Position numbers and translations under genes: made by a program. DNA of 64,000 bases from the human T2T-CHM13v2.0 reference genome, Homo sapiens. The stretch lies in assembly GCF_009914755.1 (NCBI RefSeq), contig NC_060925.1; one strand, 5' to 3'. This document shows, piece by piece, positions 45,378 through 59,474 of this stretch (positions are counted from its first letter, which is position 1; every line of letters starts with the position of its first letter). The notes below the pieces were generated by a model, which ran no database searches, was not told the DNA's origin, and worked only from the letters and a program-made list of their open reading frames with translations.

Positions 45378-45618
45378 AGATAGGATCTTGCTCTGTTGCC
45401 CAGGCTGTGGTGCAGAAGCATGATCATAGCTCACTGTAACCTTGAACTCTTGGGCTCAAAAGATCCTCCTGCCTCAGCCTCTGAGTAGCTGGGACCACAG
45501 GAACTCACCATCACGCCTAGTTTTTTCTCATAGATAGTTTTTTCTCTTGTTATGTTGCCCAAGCTGATCTTGAACTCCCGGGCTCAGGCAATCCTCTCAC
45601 CTCAGCCTCCCAAAGTGC
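45337..45618 (-). mobile_element. 5'-truncated AluJ with T40 run
   Basis: J-type 'gatcatagctcactgtaaccttgaactcttgggctcaa'. Outer TSD cctccaagattttc (45007-45020) / cctccaagtttttc (45618-45631). Confidence 0.92.
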
Positions 45619-45639
45619 CTCCAAGTTTTTCTCTAGGAA

Positions 45640-46270
45640 ACAGTGCCCTCCCTAAGTCTCAAAGATCAGTGGGAGCTGGCCAGGTGAAGAAGATGGGAGG
45701 GGCATCCCATGCAAAGACCATAAATATTAATTCAATGAACCAAGAAACAGTATGACTTTCATTTAGCAAACTGCAGTTCTGTGTGACTGAAGAAAAAGTG
45801 TGTAAATGAAGAGACGACATGAGGACGCAGAGGTCTTGAAGGACCTCCTTTCCCTGACTATGGAATTCAACCATGGAATTCAATAAGAAAATGTTGCACA
45901 GGGAAGTGATTTTATCACATTTGTATTATAAAAGATTGTCACATGAGCTTTATGGGTAATAGATAAGGGCACAATGACGCTTGGAGACCTTCAGGATTTC
46001 ATCTGAGGGATCTGGCTGGGAAGTAAGGAAGGTCTAACTAAGGGCAGTGGCAGTAGGGATGAAAAAGAAAGAGATTTCACGTTTAGTGAAATACACAATC
46101 ATAAAGTAATCTGATTTTTGAATGCTAGTAGAATGTTTAATATGTATTTAGAAAGATGATCATTTCTAAAATCATCACTGATTATAGAAAAGGATTATTT
46201 TAGAAGTAAAAGAGTGCATTCGTCTTCTTATGTTGGATATTAGTGGAGTCTCTATGAAACTGGGCAGGAG
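45640..46270 (-). mobile_element. L2 fragment
   Basis: 'aaggtctaactaagggcagtggcagtagggatgaaaaagaa' and other L2-like motifs. Confidence 0.6.
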
Positions 46271-46684
46271 ATTGGGCTCTATCTAGCACATTACCAGAAA
46301 CATGGTGTGTGTTTCAGAAATCTTTGCATTTTCAATTTGGGTAAATAATATTGTACAGTTTGGCTGTGTTTTGGTGAGTTCTCTGTATATGGCTGTCTAC
46401 TGAGTTTCTTCATCATAACACGGGAGATATATTGTCCTAGAAAGAGCTAGGCCTAGAAATGAGAAGATCGTGGTGGCCGTCCTTCCCCTGCTTCCAGCTG
46501 GGACTGACCACAGACAAGGTTCTGTAACTTACTGAGCTTCCATTCCTCAACTATTCGAAAAGGAATTATGGTACCTGTGCAGGACACTACAAGCCTCCTG
46601 GGGTAGTGAAAATAAGCAACAAACAAGAAATAGCTTTGAAAATCATTACAAACCAGATGGGGGAGCTGTGTGTTGTTGAGGAAT

Positions 46685-46855
46685 AATTATGGGCTTTGGA
46701 TTTAGGTTGATATGGGTTCAAATCGCAACTGCAAATAATTTGGGGCAAGCTACTTAACTCTTTTGAGTTTTAGTTTTCTCATTTCTATAATGGGTTTAAT
46801 AGCAACTCTTTCAGAGTTGGTGGTGGGCCTGTGTGAGTTAACAGAGGTAAAAGAT
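46685..46855 (+). mobile_element. MIR
   Basis: 'ggggcaagctacttaactcttttgagttttagttttctcatttctataatggg'. Confidence 0.8.
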
Positions 46856-48394
46856 GTTAGGTTTAGGTGAGTTCTTTCTTCCATTTAAGAAAAAAGTGGC
46901 AGTTAAGAACTTCACTCTTTTCCTACTGGACTAGAAGCTAGCTTTGATCCTGGGGTGAGAATGATTGGGGGTGGGGAGTTGGCTGTTCTGTTATTGCTGC
47001 TGTCCTTGGTGTCTGCATGGCCTGGAGGAAGACAGAGTCTCTGGATGCTCCCGTGTGCCATGTCTTCTAGGGTCTCCTATCTGCTTTGGTTCTTGAGGGA
47101 AAACATCTGCTGCTATTACTGAGGTTTTTTCCATTGTCATCTGTCTTCAAACTTGCTTGTGTTTATTTGTAATTTTCATGGATCAATTTAGTAGTCTCCC
47201 ATTTGGTTTTATCTGTATCCTCCCACTTCCACTTTGCTCTTTATTTCTCCTTTTTTTTTTCTTTATGCCTACATCATTTATCTCCTTATCAGGTGTTTTG
47301 CTTTGGTAGAGATTTTTGCCAAGTGTCTTATCTGTTGTTTCCGTCTTAGATCCCACAGCTTTGCACAATGAAAACTCCTCATGTGGATATGGTTTCCTTT
47401 TATTTTATTTTTCTTTCCTTTTCTCCATTTTTTTCTCTGGCCCTGCACCAAATTTTTCCTTTACCCTTGGGCTAAATGTTGTCATGTTCCCTTAACGCTA
47501 TCTCCAGAACATACTTTGGCCTTCTCTTCCTGGGACGTCTTTTTTCTCCTGGGGTCTGCACTGCAGAGTCCCCAGGTTCTTCCTGTTCTTTATAAGCCAT
47601 CTTCAGCTCACAATCATTGCAAGAGACACTTTTCCTTTTTCTAGTGACTGTAGGATAATATTGTGAGGAAGATTTATTAGGGAGTGGTGCTTAGGGAAAA
47701 GAAGTGGGTGGAAAAAGTAGGATCTCTCACATTTAAATGTGATGATATATACAAACCATTTTTCAGTGCCTGCATATGTTAATGTTTAATAATTAGTACT
47801 ATCCAGGACTGGTTTATTATGGGATGGTATTTTGGGAGGTTGGAACAGGAATTCTTTGCCACATTTGGAGATGGTGAAACATAACCGCATGTTGATCTAG
47901 TTGCAGGACATTTTAAGCTTAACTCCAGGAAGAAAGAAAAAAATATGACTTTGATGTTGGAAATAGAAAAAGGAACACTTGTCTCACTATGCTTATCAAT
48001 CAGTTTGGGGCAAGATGGCCACCTCGTCTTTTGAAAAATTTGGTTACAAGTTTCATGCCTGTTTGTAAACCCTCATTTTTCCTTATTTTAACTCAAAGTA
48101 TGTACAAATGCTCTGCTTTCATTTAAAAATTAATCACTCACCAGCTTGAACTTAATCTAAAAACTGTTAGAATAATTTTTCTCTGCTATGTTTACGTGGT
48201 ATTTCTTCCTTTCCTATTTAAGTTTGTGCTTTTATTATAGCACTTCTCATGGTCATATTTTTATTATAGCTTCTTATATATTCTCTGCTTCCTGAGGGGC
48301 TGTGGGTTTTTGGAAATCAGGAGCCATCTTTGGATCTGTGCATTTCCCACAGAACTAGAAAGCACCTCATATATAGCAGGAATTCCTTACTGCG

Positions 48395-48544
48395 GTGTAT
48401 GATGAGAAACTACTCAGTGGGCACAATAAACCTTATTTGGATGACAGATATCCTAAAGGCCCTGAATTTACTACCACACAATCTATGCGTATAACAAAAT
48501 TATACCTGTATCTCATAAATTTATACAAATAAAAATAAAATAAA
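48395..48544 (+). mobile_element. Short L1PB/L1MA 3' end
   Basis: 'gatgagaaactactcagtgggcacaat...taacaaaattatacctgtatctcataaatttatacaaataaaaataaa'. Confidence 0.85.
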
Positions 48545-48654
48545 TTGTCTCTGCTATGCTTAAGAACCAAATGTCAACTGATATCCACTGTTAAGTCAAT
48601 AATTCACAATTTCCCAGATTATCTGTAGAAGCATTATTGACAAAAGTCTTTGCT

Positions 48655-48830
48655 GAATTTTTACAGCTAGTTTGTATGGATTTAAGAGAATATTCAGGGG
48701 TTTTGCCAGCCAGTTGTTAAATCATTTGTAACTTAAAATTGGCTTTGCTGGGAATATTCACACCTTGGAAATAAACAAAGGATACAAATTAGGATTTTTT
48801 TTTTCTTTTGAGTGCCAGTTTGCCAGCCCT
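48655..48830. mobile_element. MER63-type hAT fragment
   Basis: 'gccagttgttaaatcatttgtaacttaaaattggc...atattcacaccttggaaat...tacaaattagg'. Confidence 0.65.
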
Positions 48831-50659
48831 CCAAGGATCATAATGCCTTTGGTGAACTGGAACCCTAGTGAAAAAGACAAACCTTGACACATTGACATAA
48901 GTTAATTTACTATTGGCTTTAGTCAAAATTTTCTTTAACAATCAGAGATTGCAATAGAAGGCTAAACAGAAGTCAATCTGCATCGTCAGTGTGGCAGGTA
49001 GATAGATTTATGAATAGTAACAAGGAGGGAGAATGAGACCACACGTTTAGAGTGCCTTCATAAAGACCTGCTTAGGTCTTCCTCAAAAATAAAAACAAAA
49101 CCAGACCATAGCTGAAGAAAGCAAGATAGACAGCTTCTCACAGGAAATTTCTCCAAACGGCAAAGGTAGTTCAAGGTAATTGGGGAATGCCTCAGATCTG
49201 TATTGTGACCTGTTCCATTGGTTTTTAATATTTAAAAATATTTTGTTTTCTTGGCATAGACGTTAAGTCCATGGCAGTATTAGAGTGTGATTTTAAAGAA
49301 TATTATATTAAAAGAAAATGTTAGAAGATGTATTTGGAATTATGAAAAGCAGTTTCAGTACATATTAAAATAAAATGCAGAAATTGTAAACCACTTCTCA
49401 CTTCCTAATTTCTAGCAGTTAATGATGCAACATATGAGTGATTCCTCAGTCAGTCATATCTGCAAAGACTGTGTAAACATCATTCTTGTTATTGCACCTG
49501 CTAGTCCCTTAACAACATTTGCATAAAAGTTTGTATTCACTAAATGCATCAAACAATGGTAGTCTAGAGAAGCACTAATGAGGTTCACGTACTGTTGTGA
49601 GGCACATCTAAAAGAATGATTAGAAAGCAATTTTAAGACATTAAAAAAAACTAATCAAAATATAATTCATCTTAGCCACAAGATATTGGAGTTGTATAAT
49701 CTGAATATGATAAAATATTTTTGGGGTTCATTTTATTTTTTTAAAAAATTAAAATGTTGAAACCCTAAAAACATTACACAAGGCAGTTGAAAAATATTGC
49801 ATTATGTATCAATATAGCCTTATTGGATAAAAATCTTCTGGCATCTTAAAACTGGTTTATGAGGTATACTAAAGAATTACGAGAAAGCTGGAGCTACTAA
49901 GTTGATTCAAAAGGTTAAAGTAGTGTGTAGCATGTAGCTCGCATATCAAACTAGTCCTGACTGCTGAAAAGCACCAGGCATGGACACTCAATCACCTAGT
50001 AGAGCGATCTCGGGAGATCTTTTTCCGGCTCCCCACAAGTGCTCCTTGCTTTTCAACAGTCCACCATGTGCATAAAATTAACAACATGCCACAATGGCTT
50101 CTTATATCATAAATGGAGCCCCTTAAAGTGATATCCCTTCCCACACTTTTGCAGCCTTCCGGTGAGAATTACTACTGGACTCTGCTTATTTGAACAGAAG
50201 GTGTGAATTTAAAGGCATGAACAAATACGCCAGCCATATATTAGCCATTCTTAGTAATGTACAGATGCTTGAGTTACTTGTGAGCTGTGTCTGGCTTCAG
50301 AAACCTATTTCACTAAAGACTAAATCTTAACCAAAACATCTTTTGGGAGATTGAAGGTGTTCCAAACAGTTATCTCTACTGAATTTCTCAGTGCACTTTT
50401 CATTTTTCACATGGTTATTTTAGCACCATGTAGACCCAACATAATCACCTACTTCTGTGAGGACTTTCAGATCAAACTTCTGTAACTAGCCACCAGTTGA
50501 ATAATCAGCAATTCCTTACCAATTAGATGATTAAAATGAGGAAACATAGAGACATCTAAAGGAAACGTTGAAGCCAGTTGAAGAGTTAGTTAAAAAACAA
50601 TTTGTCTGTGGGAGTGAGAATGATGGTGATGATGAAGATGATGATGATATTGGTGGGAG

Positions 50660-50882
50660 CAAAATAAACATTTACTTGAATGCTTATTAATGCCACTATA
50701 GTAACTCTTTTAATCCTCACAAAATCCTGTGAGGTAGGTACTTTTTATATCTCCATTTTACACATCAGGAAACTGAGGCAAAATGAAAGTAACATGCTTA
50801 AGGTCACACAGCTAGTAACTGATGGACGCTGAATTTCTATCCCAGCAGTATGTTTCCAGGGCCCACCTCTTAACTACTATGC
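50660..50882 (-). mobile_element. MIR
   Basis: 'taatcctcacaaaatcctgtgaggtaggta...ggaaactgaggc...aaggtcacacagctagtaa'. Confidence 0.88.
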
Positions 50883-51109
50883 TTAAATACCATAAATGAC
50901 CTTACACTATGGTGCATCCAAGAATGACAGGGACATCCTCTGGGGCAATATGTCTGTGTCCTTGAAAAGACAGACTTAAAAGATAGACCTAATGGAAGAC
51001 CTCATCTTCTATTCTTCTTTGACTTCCATATCTTACTCAATTCCATATAGGCAAGGTCAATCACATAAAGAAGATTTTAATTTGCTTCTATTAATTTTTG
51101 TAATAATCT

Positions 51110-51303
51110 TAAGATTTCCATACCTAACAAATAAAAATACAGGATACTCAGATAACTTTGAACTTCAGATAAGCAACAAACACTTTTTAAAAGTACAAAT
51201 GTACCCCAAATATTGCATGGTATATAATTACTTGAAAAATAATTTGTTTTTTATATGAGATTCCAATTTAACTGGGTCTCCTGTATTTTATCTAGCACTC
51301 CTA
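51110..51303. mobile_element. MER53 palindromic hAT MITE
   Basis: Inverted arms 'aaataaaaatacaggatactcagataactttgaa' / 'ttccaatttaactgggtctcctgtatttta'; ~193 bp. Confidence 0.88.
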
Positions 51304-52211
51304 AATAAGCTAAGCTTCAAACCTGAATGCTGGCACTGTAAAAATCACTCTTTCATCTCTTGGAGGTGTTGGAAAAAAAACAACAAAACAAAACTTGCTT
51401 TAAGTTTGTCAGGCTGGAGACTGGGTTAAACAGATCAGACATGGTGTTTCTATCAATCACATCTATATTCCTTGGGGTTCTCCAAATTGTGTTGAGAGCT
51501 GGGGAGGTGTGTTTAGCACACAGGTTATTATGCTTTGATAGCTACACAGCACTGGAAACCCATCATTTAGATTAAAATGAAATTTCTAAATGTTGTTTTA
51601 ATGATGTGAGCACCACATTGCAAATGGGCCTCTTTGCTGTGGTCTTTAAAATAAAGTAATTGACCCTGACGCCATTCAACTTGGGACACATAACTCACGT
51701 CATGGTCAATTATCTCTTGGTGACTTCAACACAGTGGGAGCCATTGTCCACATAATGACTGTGGGGCTTGCAGAACCTACATAACTGCAAGGGGCCTCTT
51801 GAGTGCCTCACTTGCAATATAAGGGCTAACCAGTATTCATCTTTGCACCCCAGTACTTAGCACTGTACCTGGCACATTTATATTTGCAACAAATGCTTAC
51901 TGAACACCTACTCTGTGCTAGGTGAAGGGGGTCACAGGAGGTAACGAGTTAGGTCCTGCCCTTGTTATTATAGGGTTTACAGTCTGGAGAAGGTGTTCAA
52001 TAAATAAGAGTAGTACAGAGACCAATTCTTTGGGAACTGGAGGGTTTCTTAGCTACTTTGCACATAGATGAGGATATTGAGGCCCAATTATAGGCACCAT
52101 ATTGGGAGTTGGAAGACTGGGGCTCAGAAACCAACTTTTCCATTTAGCCTTTGAACAAGTCACTAAACTTCTCCCAGCCTCAGTTTCCTTATCTATAAAA
52201 TGGAGATATTA

Positions 52212-52332
52212 TATTCTATGTAATAGAATATATATGTAATAGAATATACATGTAATATATATATTATATGTAATATAATATGTAATAGAATAGAATATAT
52301 ATGTAATAGAATATAATATGTACATAGAATAT
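52212..52332. repeat. AT-rich short tandem expansion (unit ~TGTAATAGAATATATA) inside a MIR
   Basis: Several imperfect copies of tgtaatagaata(ta)n; MIR core on both sides (~52100-52400). Confidence 0.8.
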
Positions 52333-52459
52333 CGCTACCTAACTGTTAAGGCAAAAATGAGATAACGGTCTAGAAAGTTAAAAGCATTATATAATTGCAA
52401 AAATAATGTTTAAAAACATAGAATTGAGATTGCCCAGTTGAACACTTAAATCTAGAGAG

Positions 52460-53030
<571 letters not shown>

Positions 53031-54004
53031 AATCTAAATCTATTGCAACATTGGAGTATGGGAAAATGCGTGTGATGTTTTTAGGCCAACAAGGCAAACT
53101 TCCCATTTAATAGTCATCCTTCCATTCCAACATAGAGAGATTCATTTTGAGAATGTAGCAAAAAGAGATGTAAATTACACTGTCTGTGTCTTAAAAATTT
53201 TCAGGTCAAGAGATGTTTTTATAATAATGTACTATGATCAGAAACTTCTAAACAGCTCCCACATCAAAATATCAGCAATGGATAATGAAGAGAAATGGAA
53301 AACTGATTTATCCATTCCTAGTCAATAAAGAAAGCATGCAGTAGCTGGATTGGAAATACCCCTGCAGAGTGAGATTTACAAGACATAATATTGGAAGACA
53401 GATTTATCCCAGTTGAAAGTGGACTGCTGTTGAAGAAGGTTCCAGTGGAATTTATAAGACAAAGTCCTTGAATGAGGACTCAGAAGCCTTGGGGAGTCAT
53501 GAGGTTTGCTCATGAGGCTTGCTAGGCACAAGCTGATTTGCATTTTTAAGAAGGCCAAAGTGTTTTCTGAAGATATTGCTGGGAAAAGAAAAAAAACAAC
53601 TCAGGGCAATGGCATCAGCTTTGTTTAAAACTTCCTTTTACTCAGGACTGTCGGGCTGATAAATCAAAATTATGTGTCCAGTGAGGAAATGGGAAGTAAA
53701 ACTGTTTCCAAAAGAAAAAAGAAAAGAAAACAAGTGATTCATTTTGGCCTAAATAATTGAAAATGCAGAAAGTCCAAGTGTTCCTGGCTGCTCAGCCCTG
53801 TGCTTACTTGTCACTTTTGCTGTTGTGTAGCAAATTCTATGATGAAGATTTGGAAGACAAGCTGCCAGCCTTGGCAAATCTTTAAACTATTTGGTAAAAC
53901 CAGTTGGAACCCAACCCACAGCTACTTACAGGATTTGACTTCCTGTTCGCATGGAGCAGGATTCAGAATAAAGCAGTAGAACCATGATTGTGTTTACTTT
54001 GTGT

Positions 54005-54110
54005 AAAAGAAAAAAAAAAGAAAGAAAGAAATGAAGGAAACAAGAAAGGAAGGAAAGAGAGAAGGGAGGAAAAAAGAAAACAATAACTTAGAAATGAAAA
54101 AAAGAAAAAA
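54005..54110. repeat. GA-rich low-complexity tract
   Basis: Seen directly. Confidence 0.85.
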
Positions 54111-54879
54111 TGGGGCTGAAAAGTAGCCTTTCTGAGACATCAAATCAGAATTCTAACTCTTACACCACAATGTCTGCTGGGCATTTGGTTCATCTTTGGG
54201 GCCCAAGTCACATCTGAGCATAGCCCTCTAAGTGACTAAGACTCAAACAAAATGCAGAAGGTGAGCTTGTTAACGGCTCTGAAATATGATAGCTTTGAGT
54301 GGTAGTACCACCAATCAGAGAAAGTCACTGCACATTTTATTGGTGTCTAAGTAGAACATCAGCAACAGCCCAGGGAATAGGATTTCATGGTTTCTCAGGG
54401 TTTTCCTGCCAGGAATCCCAGGAACATTGGAAAATATCCATCCCCATTATACAACACAATAGAAAGAGTTAAATGACATAAGTTGTGCTACCTTGCACAA
54501 TCGGTGAAAAATGCAAAGGAAGGAGATTTCTTTTTTCTGGCTGAGGCAATTGAGGAAGGCTTCCTGGGGACAGTGGCTTTGGAGCTTATCCCTGGAATAT
54601 TGTAAGAGTCAATAGAAATTGGGCAGCAGGAGGGGTTACGGAGTGAAAAGTGAGAGAGAAACAACTCAGGACTCTCTGGTCAGTAAGAGTATTTATAAAA
54701 ATGGAGGGTGGTTCTGAAAAGTTAGACAAGAGTAGTAAATCTAATTACATGTCTATTTCCAATATGAATGGAGATTAAAATTCCCTTTCCTATTTGTCAA
54801 CACTTAATATACTACCGTGGAGAGTGGAATATTTATACTTTGTCCTAAAGATATAATTGGCTTTCAAATGTACAACTAT

Positions 54880-55050
54880 TGGACTCATAAGATGGAAAGG
54901 GAGTAAAAGGATTGCCTAATGTAACTCATTAGTCTATGAGTAAAGTAACTGTGTAAAGTGGTTGGTTAAAAGGTCACAAAGCTAGTCAGCAGCAGGGCTG
55001 GGACTGGAATCTTAGCCTCTCGGTTCCAAATACAGGGCTTTCCCCAGGAC
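54880..55050 (-). mobile_element. MIR
   Basis: 'aaggtcacaaagctagtcagcagcagggctgggactggaat'. Confidence 0.7.
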
Positions 55051-55442
55051 ATTACCCTCAAGCAGTTGGTAGAGATGCTTGGTGAATATATGGGAGGAGC
55101 CATTTATATGCTTATGGACCAAATAAAGAAACTGAAAAGCTGCTACAAGACCAATACCCAGCCACCACCCTTACAGGGCTCAGCAAAAGAGAAGGAAATT
55201 TAAAAATTCAGGCTTTGACATACATGGTTTATCTTTGCAAAGAAGATTTTACCCAATCGTGAGTGAAATAGAAATGCATTTTGTATAGATAGGAAAAGAA
55301 ATGATTTTTGTTTTTAAGTTTCACCTGGGGTCATGAAGAGAAAAGGAAAGTGATAAAGTTTTGTTCATCAGTAGCTTTTGTTCTTGACTAACTGGCCTCA
55401 ATTAATTTACAGAATCTTAGTTTCCATTCAACCAAGAACCAA

Positions 55443-55508
55443 GGAGACCTCACTTTGCACAGAAAGACAAACTTTGCATGTTCTCTCTTATTTGTGGGAG
55501 CAAAAATT
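55443..55508 (+). mobile_element. Tiny internal L1MA 3' UTR fragment between 9-bp direct repeats
   Basis: 'gcacagaaagacaaactttgcatgttctctcttatttgtgggagc'; aagaaccaa at 55434-55442 and 55509-55517. Confidence 0.7.
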
Positions 55509-58500
55509 AAGAACCAATTTCTGATAGGATAAGTTTAAGTATATGCCTACCTTCCAATAAAGAATGCCCTAGACTGTGAGGTCCCTGAGGTCAAGGAGTA
55601 TTTTATTCACCTCTGTATCCCCAACAGTGTGTCCCATTGTGGCATTCAGTTAAAGTCTGTAAATGGATGAAGACATCCCTATAGAGTTTTATTCTTTCAT
55701 AACTTGCCTTATTAAAATGACTGCCACCCAAATCTCAACTTGAGTGTTGTTTTGGCATGTGATGTGATTTCCCGAAACATGCCTTGTGGTGGATGAATCC
55801 TTCAGCTGGGTTTAAGGACCCACTGCAATATAGATTAGATAACATTCCTTTTTCTTTCTTTCTTTCTTTTTTTTTTTTTTTTAAACAATCTGTTTAATCA
55901 AGCGCAACTTCTCTTTCCCTAACCCAGGACTAAACAAGTCAGAGCTTTGCCTTTCTAATTTATCAGCCAGTAAATTACAACAGCAAAAGTCTTGTGTATG
56001 GCCAGGGATTTTCCACTCAGAGTGAAGGAGATCCTGAGGGGCCAGGCATAGTGGATTTGATATGTGACTCATGGTTTGGGTAGCATTACTTGTGAACACA
56101 AAAAGGTCAAGCAGGGAAAAGCTATATTCCATAAATAATAGAGTAAAATTAAAAGTTCCTCTTCATGACACTGGAATTTTGAATGCTGCTATAAAATGAT
56201 TAATCAGAAGATGTGTCATTTGTGTAAGTAAGAAATGAAGGATAACTAAAGAAATGGGAAATAAGGCAAATTTAAAAGGCATAATTAGAATGTAAAGGAG
56301 AAGCAGCTGAAGATACCTAATTTTCATATTGTGCTGATTTTCATAAGGAGTATCATTTCTTTTTGTAGCCTAATATTCTCTATAGTTAGCAGAAAACAAT
56401 AGTTTCCATATATATTTATTGTGTTTCTGGTTGTATTTCCATTCTGAAACTTAAACATTCATTTGTATGTTTATGGTTAATTACATTATGGTTAAGTGTA
56501 TTAAATAATCATTCAACTTGACTTCCAGGTGTTAATTAGAAGTCTTATTCTAAACTTGAATCATTTTAAAACATTATAAATTTGCATAAAACATACAAAT
56601 AAGAACCAATTATTAAAGAACTCTTACTTAAAATAAAAGAGGTAGCTAGATGGTCTCTGAGGCCACTTCCAATTCCATAAGTCCAATGACTTTAAATGGC
56701 TGTGGGAGTAGAAACAAACAGAACTACAATTCTCTTACTTCCTAATTGCTTTTTGCTCTTCCCAGCTGGCATTTTGGATTCATGTTTCACTTGTAAGGAG
56801 GTCCTTATTTCCTGTGCTTTGGTCTCTCCAACTAGATGGTAACGTCCTTGTGGCACAATCCAAGCTTCTAGTGCTTCCTGTAAGGTTCTGTGCCCAGTGG
56901 GCAGAAATGAGAATTAATGGAGTAAAAGCGATGGATTCCCTGATGTGGGCTAAATGCACTGATCATCATTTGTGAGATCTGGAATGCTTTTCTAACAGGT
57001 CTTGAATTTGACCTCTGACTTCATACCAAAATGAAGGAAGGAAATATGGCAGGTGTCCAAGAAGTGTGAAATAAAAGGATAAAAGGATGAAAGGGCCGTA
57101 GATTGTTCTCAGCTTGGGACTAGATGGAGAAGGCTCTGGGCTTTTTTGGACAAATAAGAATTTGAATTGTTTTTGAGTTTTCAATGAAGCCCATGTAGGT
57201 CCCTGAACAAGATGGCAGGATGGCAGTCAGGGTGTGAGCAATGGCTGTGCTGATGGGAAGAAGTCATCTGTTCAGTGTAGCATCTGCTTTTGTCCTATTT
57301 CCTTCTCTTGCCTTGGAGGAAAGAGATGATGGAGTCTTCTGGGCAGATTTTACAGTGATTGATTGATTCGAAGCACAGAATGTTAGTACTGGAATGCTAT
57401 GGAGCTGAGGAAACAGACCAGAGAGAAGTTACTCAGCAACTTGGAACAAGAACTCTGATATTCAGATTTCCTCTGAGTCCAGTGTTCTTTTCTCCACATC
57501 ACTCTGAGAATGTTCTACTTGACCTTAATCTTTTTCCTGCTTTCATCCAATCTAGGCATTCTTGTTTTTTGCTGTCTTAAACCACAGAATGTTTGAATAC
57601 ACACTACATTTGGGGAGGGGGGTTGTTTTGTTTTGTTTTATCTTGCTCTAGCCCTTCTGGGAGATAAGCTCATTTAATTTATCTGCAATTTAGATTATGA
57701 ACAACCATCCTTCTTAGATTAGACACGTCTCATCAGAGGTCACTCCATCCTACATTTTCCTCTGGTAAAAATAAGCATTCTGAAAGGTGACCCAGTCATA
57801 GTAGGGAAGAGGAACACAGGGGACTCCCATGACTGTGATGTATGATGATATTTCTGAAGAAAGTCATAACCATTTAGAGGCCAGGTTTTGATGAATTGCA
57901 GGAAATGGTGGATTTGCAACCATTCCAGAATTCCCAGGGACTGATTGTCATCAAGCGATGATAAGAATTTTAACTAGCATATTGTGGAACCCAGATCATG
58001 GCTAGGACTCGGGCCGAAGTGTTCTGTTTGGGTCTCCTGTTATATAGCATTTGCCTCTGGGAGAAGAGCTTAAAATTATTTTTAACTTGCCTGAGTCTCA
58101 TTTCTATTTATCTGCTGAGGTCAGGAATTAGCAGTAAGGGAAAAAAAAGCATACTGCAAAATGCTCTGCCATGAAGTCAGACTGCACTCATCCTCCCTCC
58201 CCTTCCAAAAGGAATATTTTCTCCCAGGAAACAAACCCACATGATGGAATCATTAACTTGGGCACAGAGCTGGCAGGGAAAGGATCAGCCTTTCTTCCTA
58301 CATCACTGGGTCTCCGGCCTTCAACAGCCATTGCTGCTAAATCAAGATACAGCAGGGACGTAACTGGGCATTCTGACCACCTTTGATTTCTTGGTGGGAA
58401 ACCAATAAATATCAAGATGACAGGATAAGAATGCAACTGAGCTGATGGAAAGTATTTTCCCACTATAGATTGTGATGACTTGGTTTCATTAGAACAGTTG

Positions 58501-59432
58501 AGGGTACAGCCGATAACTAAAAGCAACAACAGTGAACAAAGGCTTGGTGAGGAGACTAGCATCTAGGAGTTTCTCCTTCTTCTGACCCTTTGAGTAACCC
58601 CATTGCTGAAACTCTCATTATATCATTTTGAGAGTGCTGCTGATCTCTGCCATCTCATTTGTAAGCTTTTCTCCATCTCCCTCTCTGTCAAGCATGGTAT
58701 TAAGCAAATAGTACACTCTCCAAACACATGTTTTAAATTGATTTCTTTCTTTTGGGTGGTAAACCCAAAGATAGGATTTTGTAGAAACAAAACCAGATCT
58801 TCCCCCTCCACAGTTATTAAATTATCCAAAGCAAGAGATATTTTTACCAAAGCCTGTAGTGTTTTAATAAGGCCAGCTATTTAGGAAGTGGTGACAATGT
58901 GCAATCTGCAAAAAGGGGAAGCCTCGGAGGTGCTGTGGTAATAATGCAGTTACTTAAAGAACATTTAAACTACAAATATCTCTGTGGTTTTTTATTTGGT
59001 TCCATATGACAGTCACTCTGAGAAATTTCTCAAACCTTGGCTAATCACTTTAAAATGTAAGGCTTAGCAAATAATCATACTTCCCCAAATGCTCTGGTCT
59101 CTTCAAACTTTACTTTTTTTTTTTGCATTCGATAAAGGTACGCAATTCAATGCAAAGAAGAGCTAGGGAGGAAAATTGAGAGCATTTTAGCAGACAGGTG
59201 GAAAAAAATAGCTATAGCCCTGAAGTTGTAGGACAGTTTCAACTATCGATATGGAAAATAACTAAAATGTGATGAAAATGTAGGAGAGTCACGTCTTTTG
59301 AAGGCCAAGCGTTTGGTTCATTGAAATTGTGGGATGTGCCTGGTTTATGTGAGTGGAAAGAAAGTTCTTGCTTACAGGGACTGAGCCCCAGTGTTCCAAT
59401 GTGTGCTGGGTCACATTAAAAGAAGCAGCTGG

Positions 59433-59435
<3 letters not shown>

Positions 59436-59468
<33 letters not shown>
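59436..59468. repeat. (TG)n microsatellite
   Basis: Seen directly. Confidence 0.97.

Positions 59469-59474
<6 letters not shown>

Noticed and set aside
52212-52332. Repeat array considered as CRISPR-like or a structured RNA
   Set aside because: It is a low-complexity AT slippage expansion inside a MIR, with no unique spacers, in a eukaryotic context.
58188-58884. 124-aa and 93-aa ORFs, one with a hydrophobic N-terminus
   Set aside because: No recognisable family, and no clear splice or promoter context.
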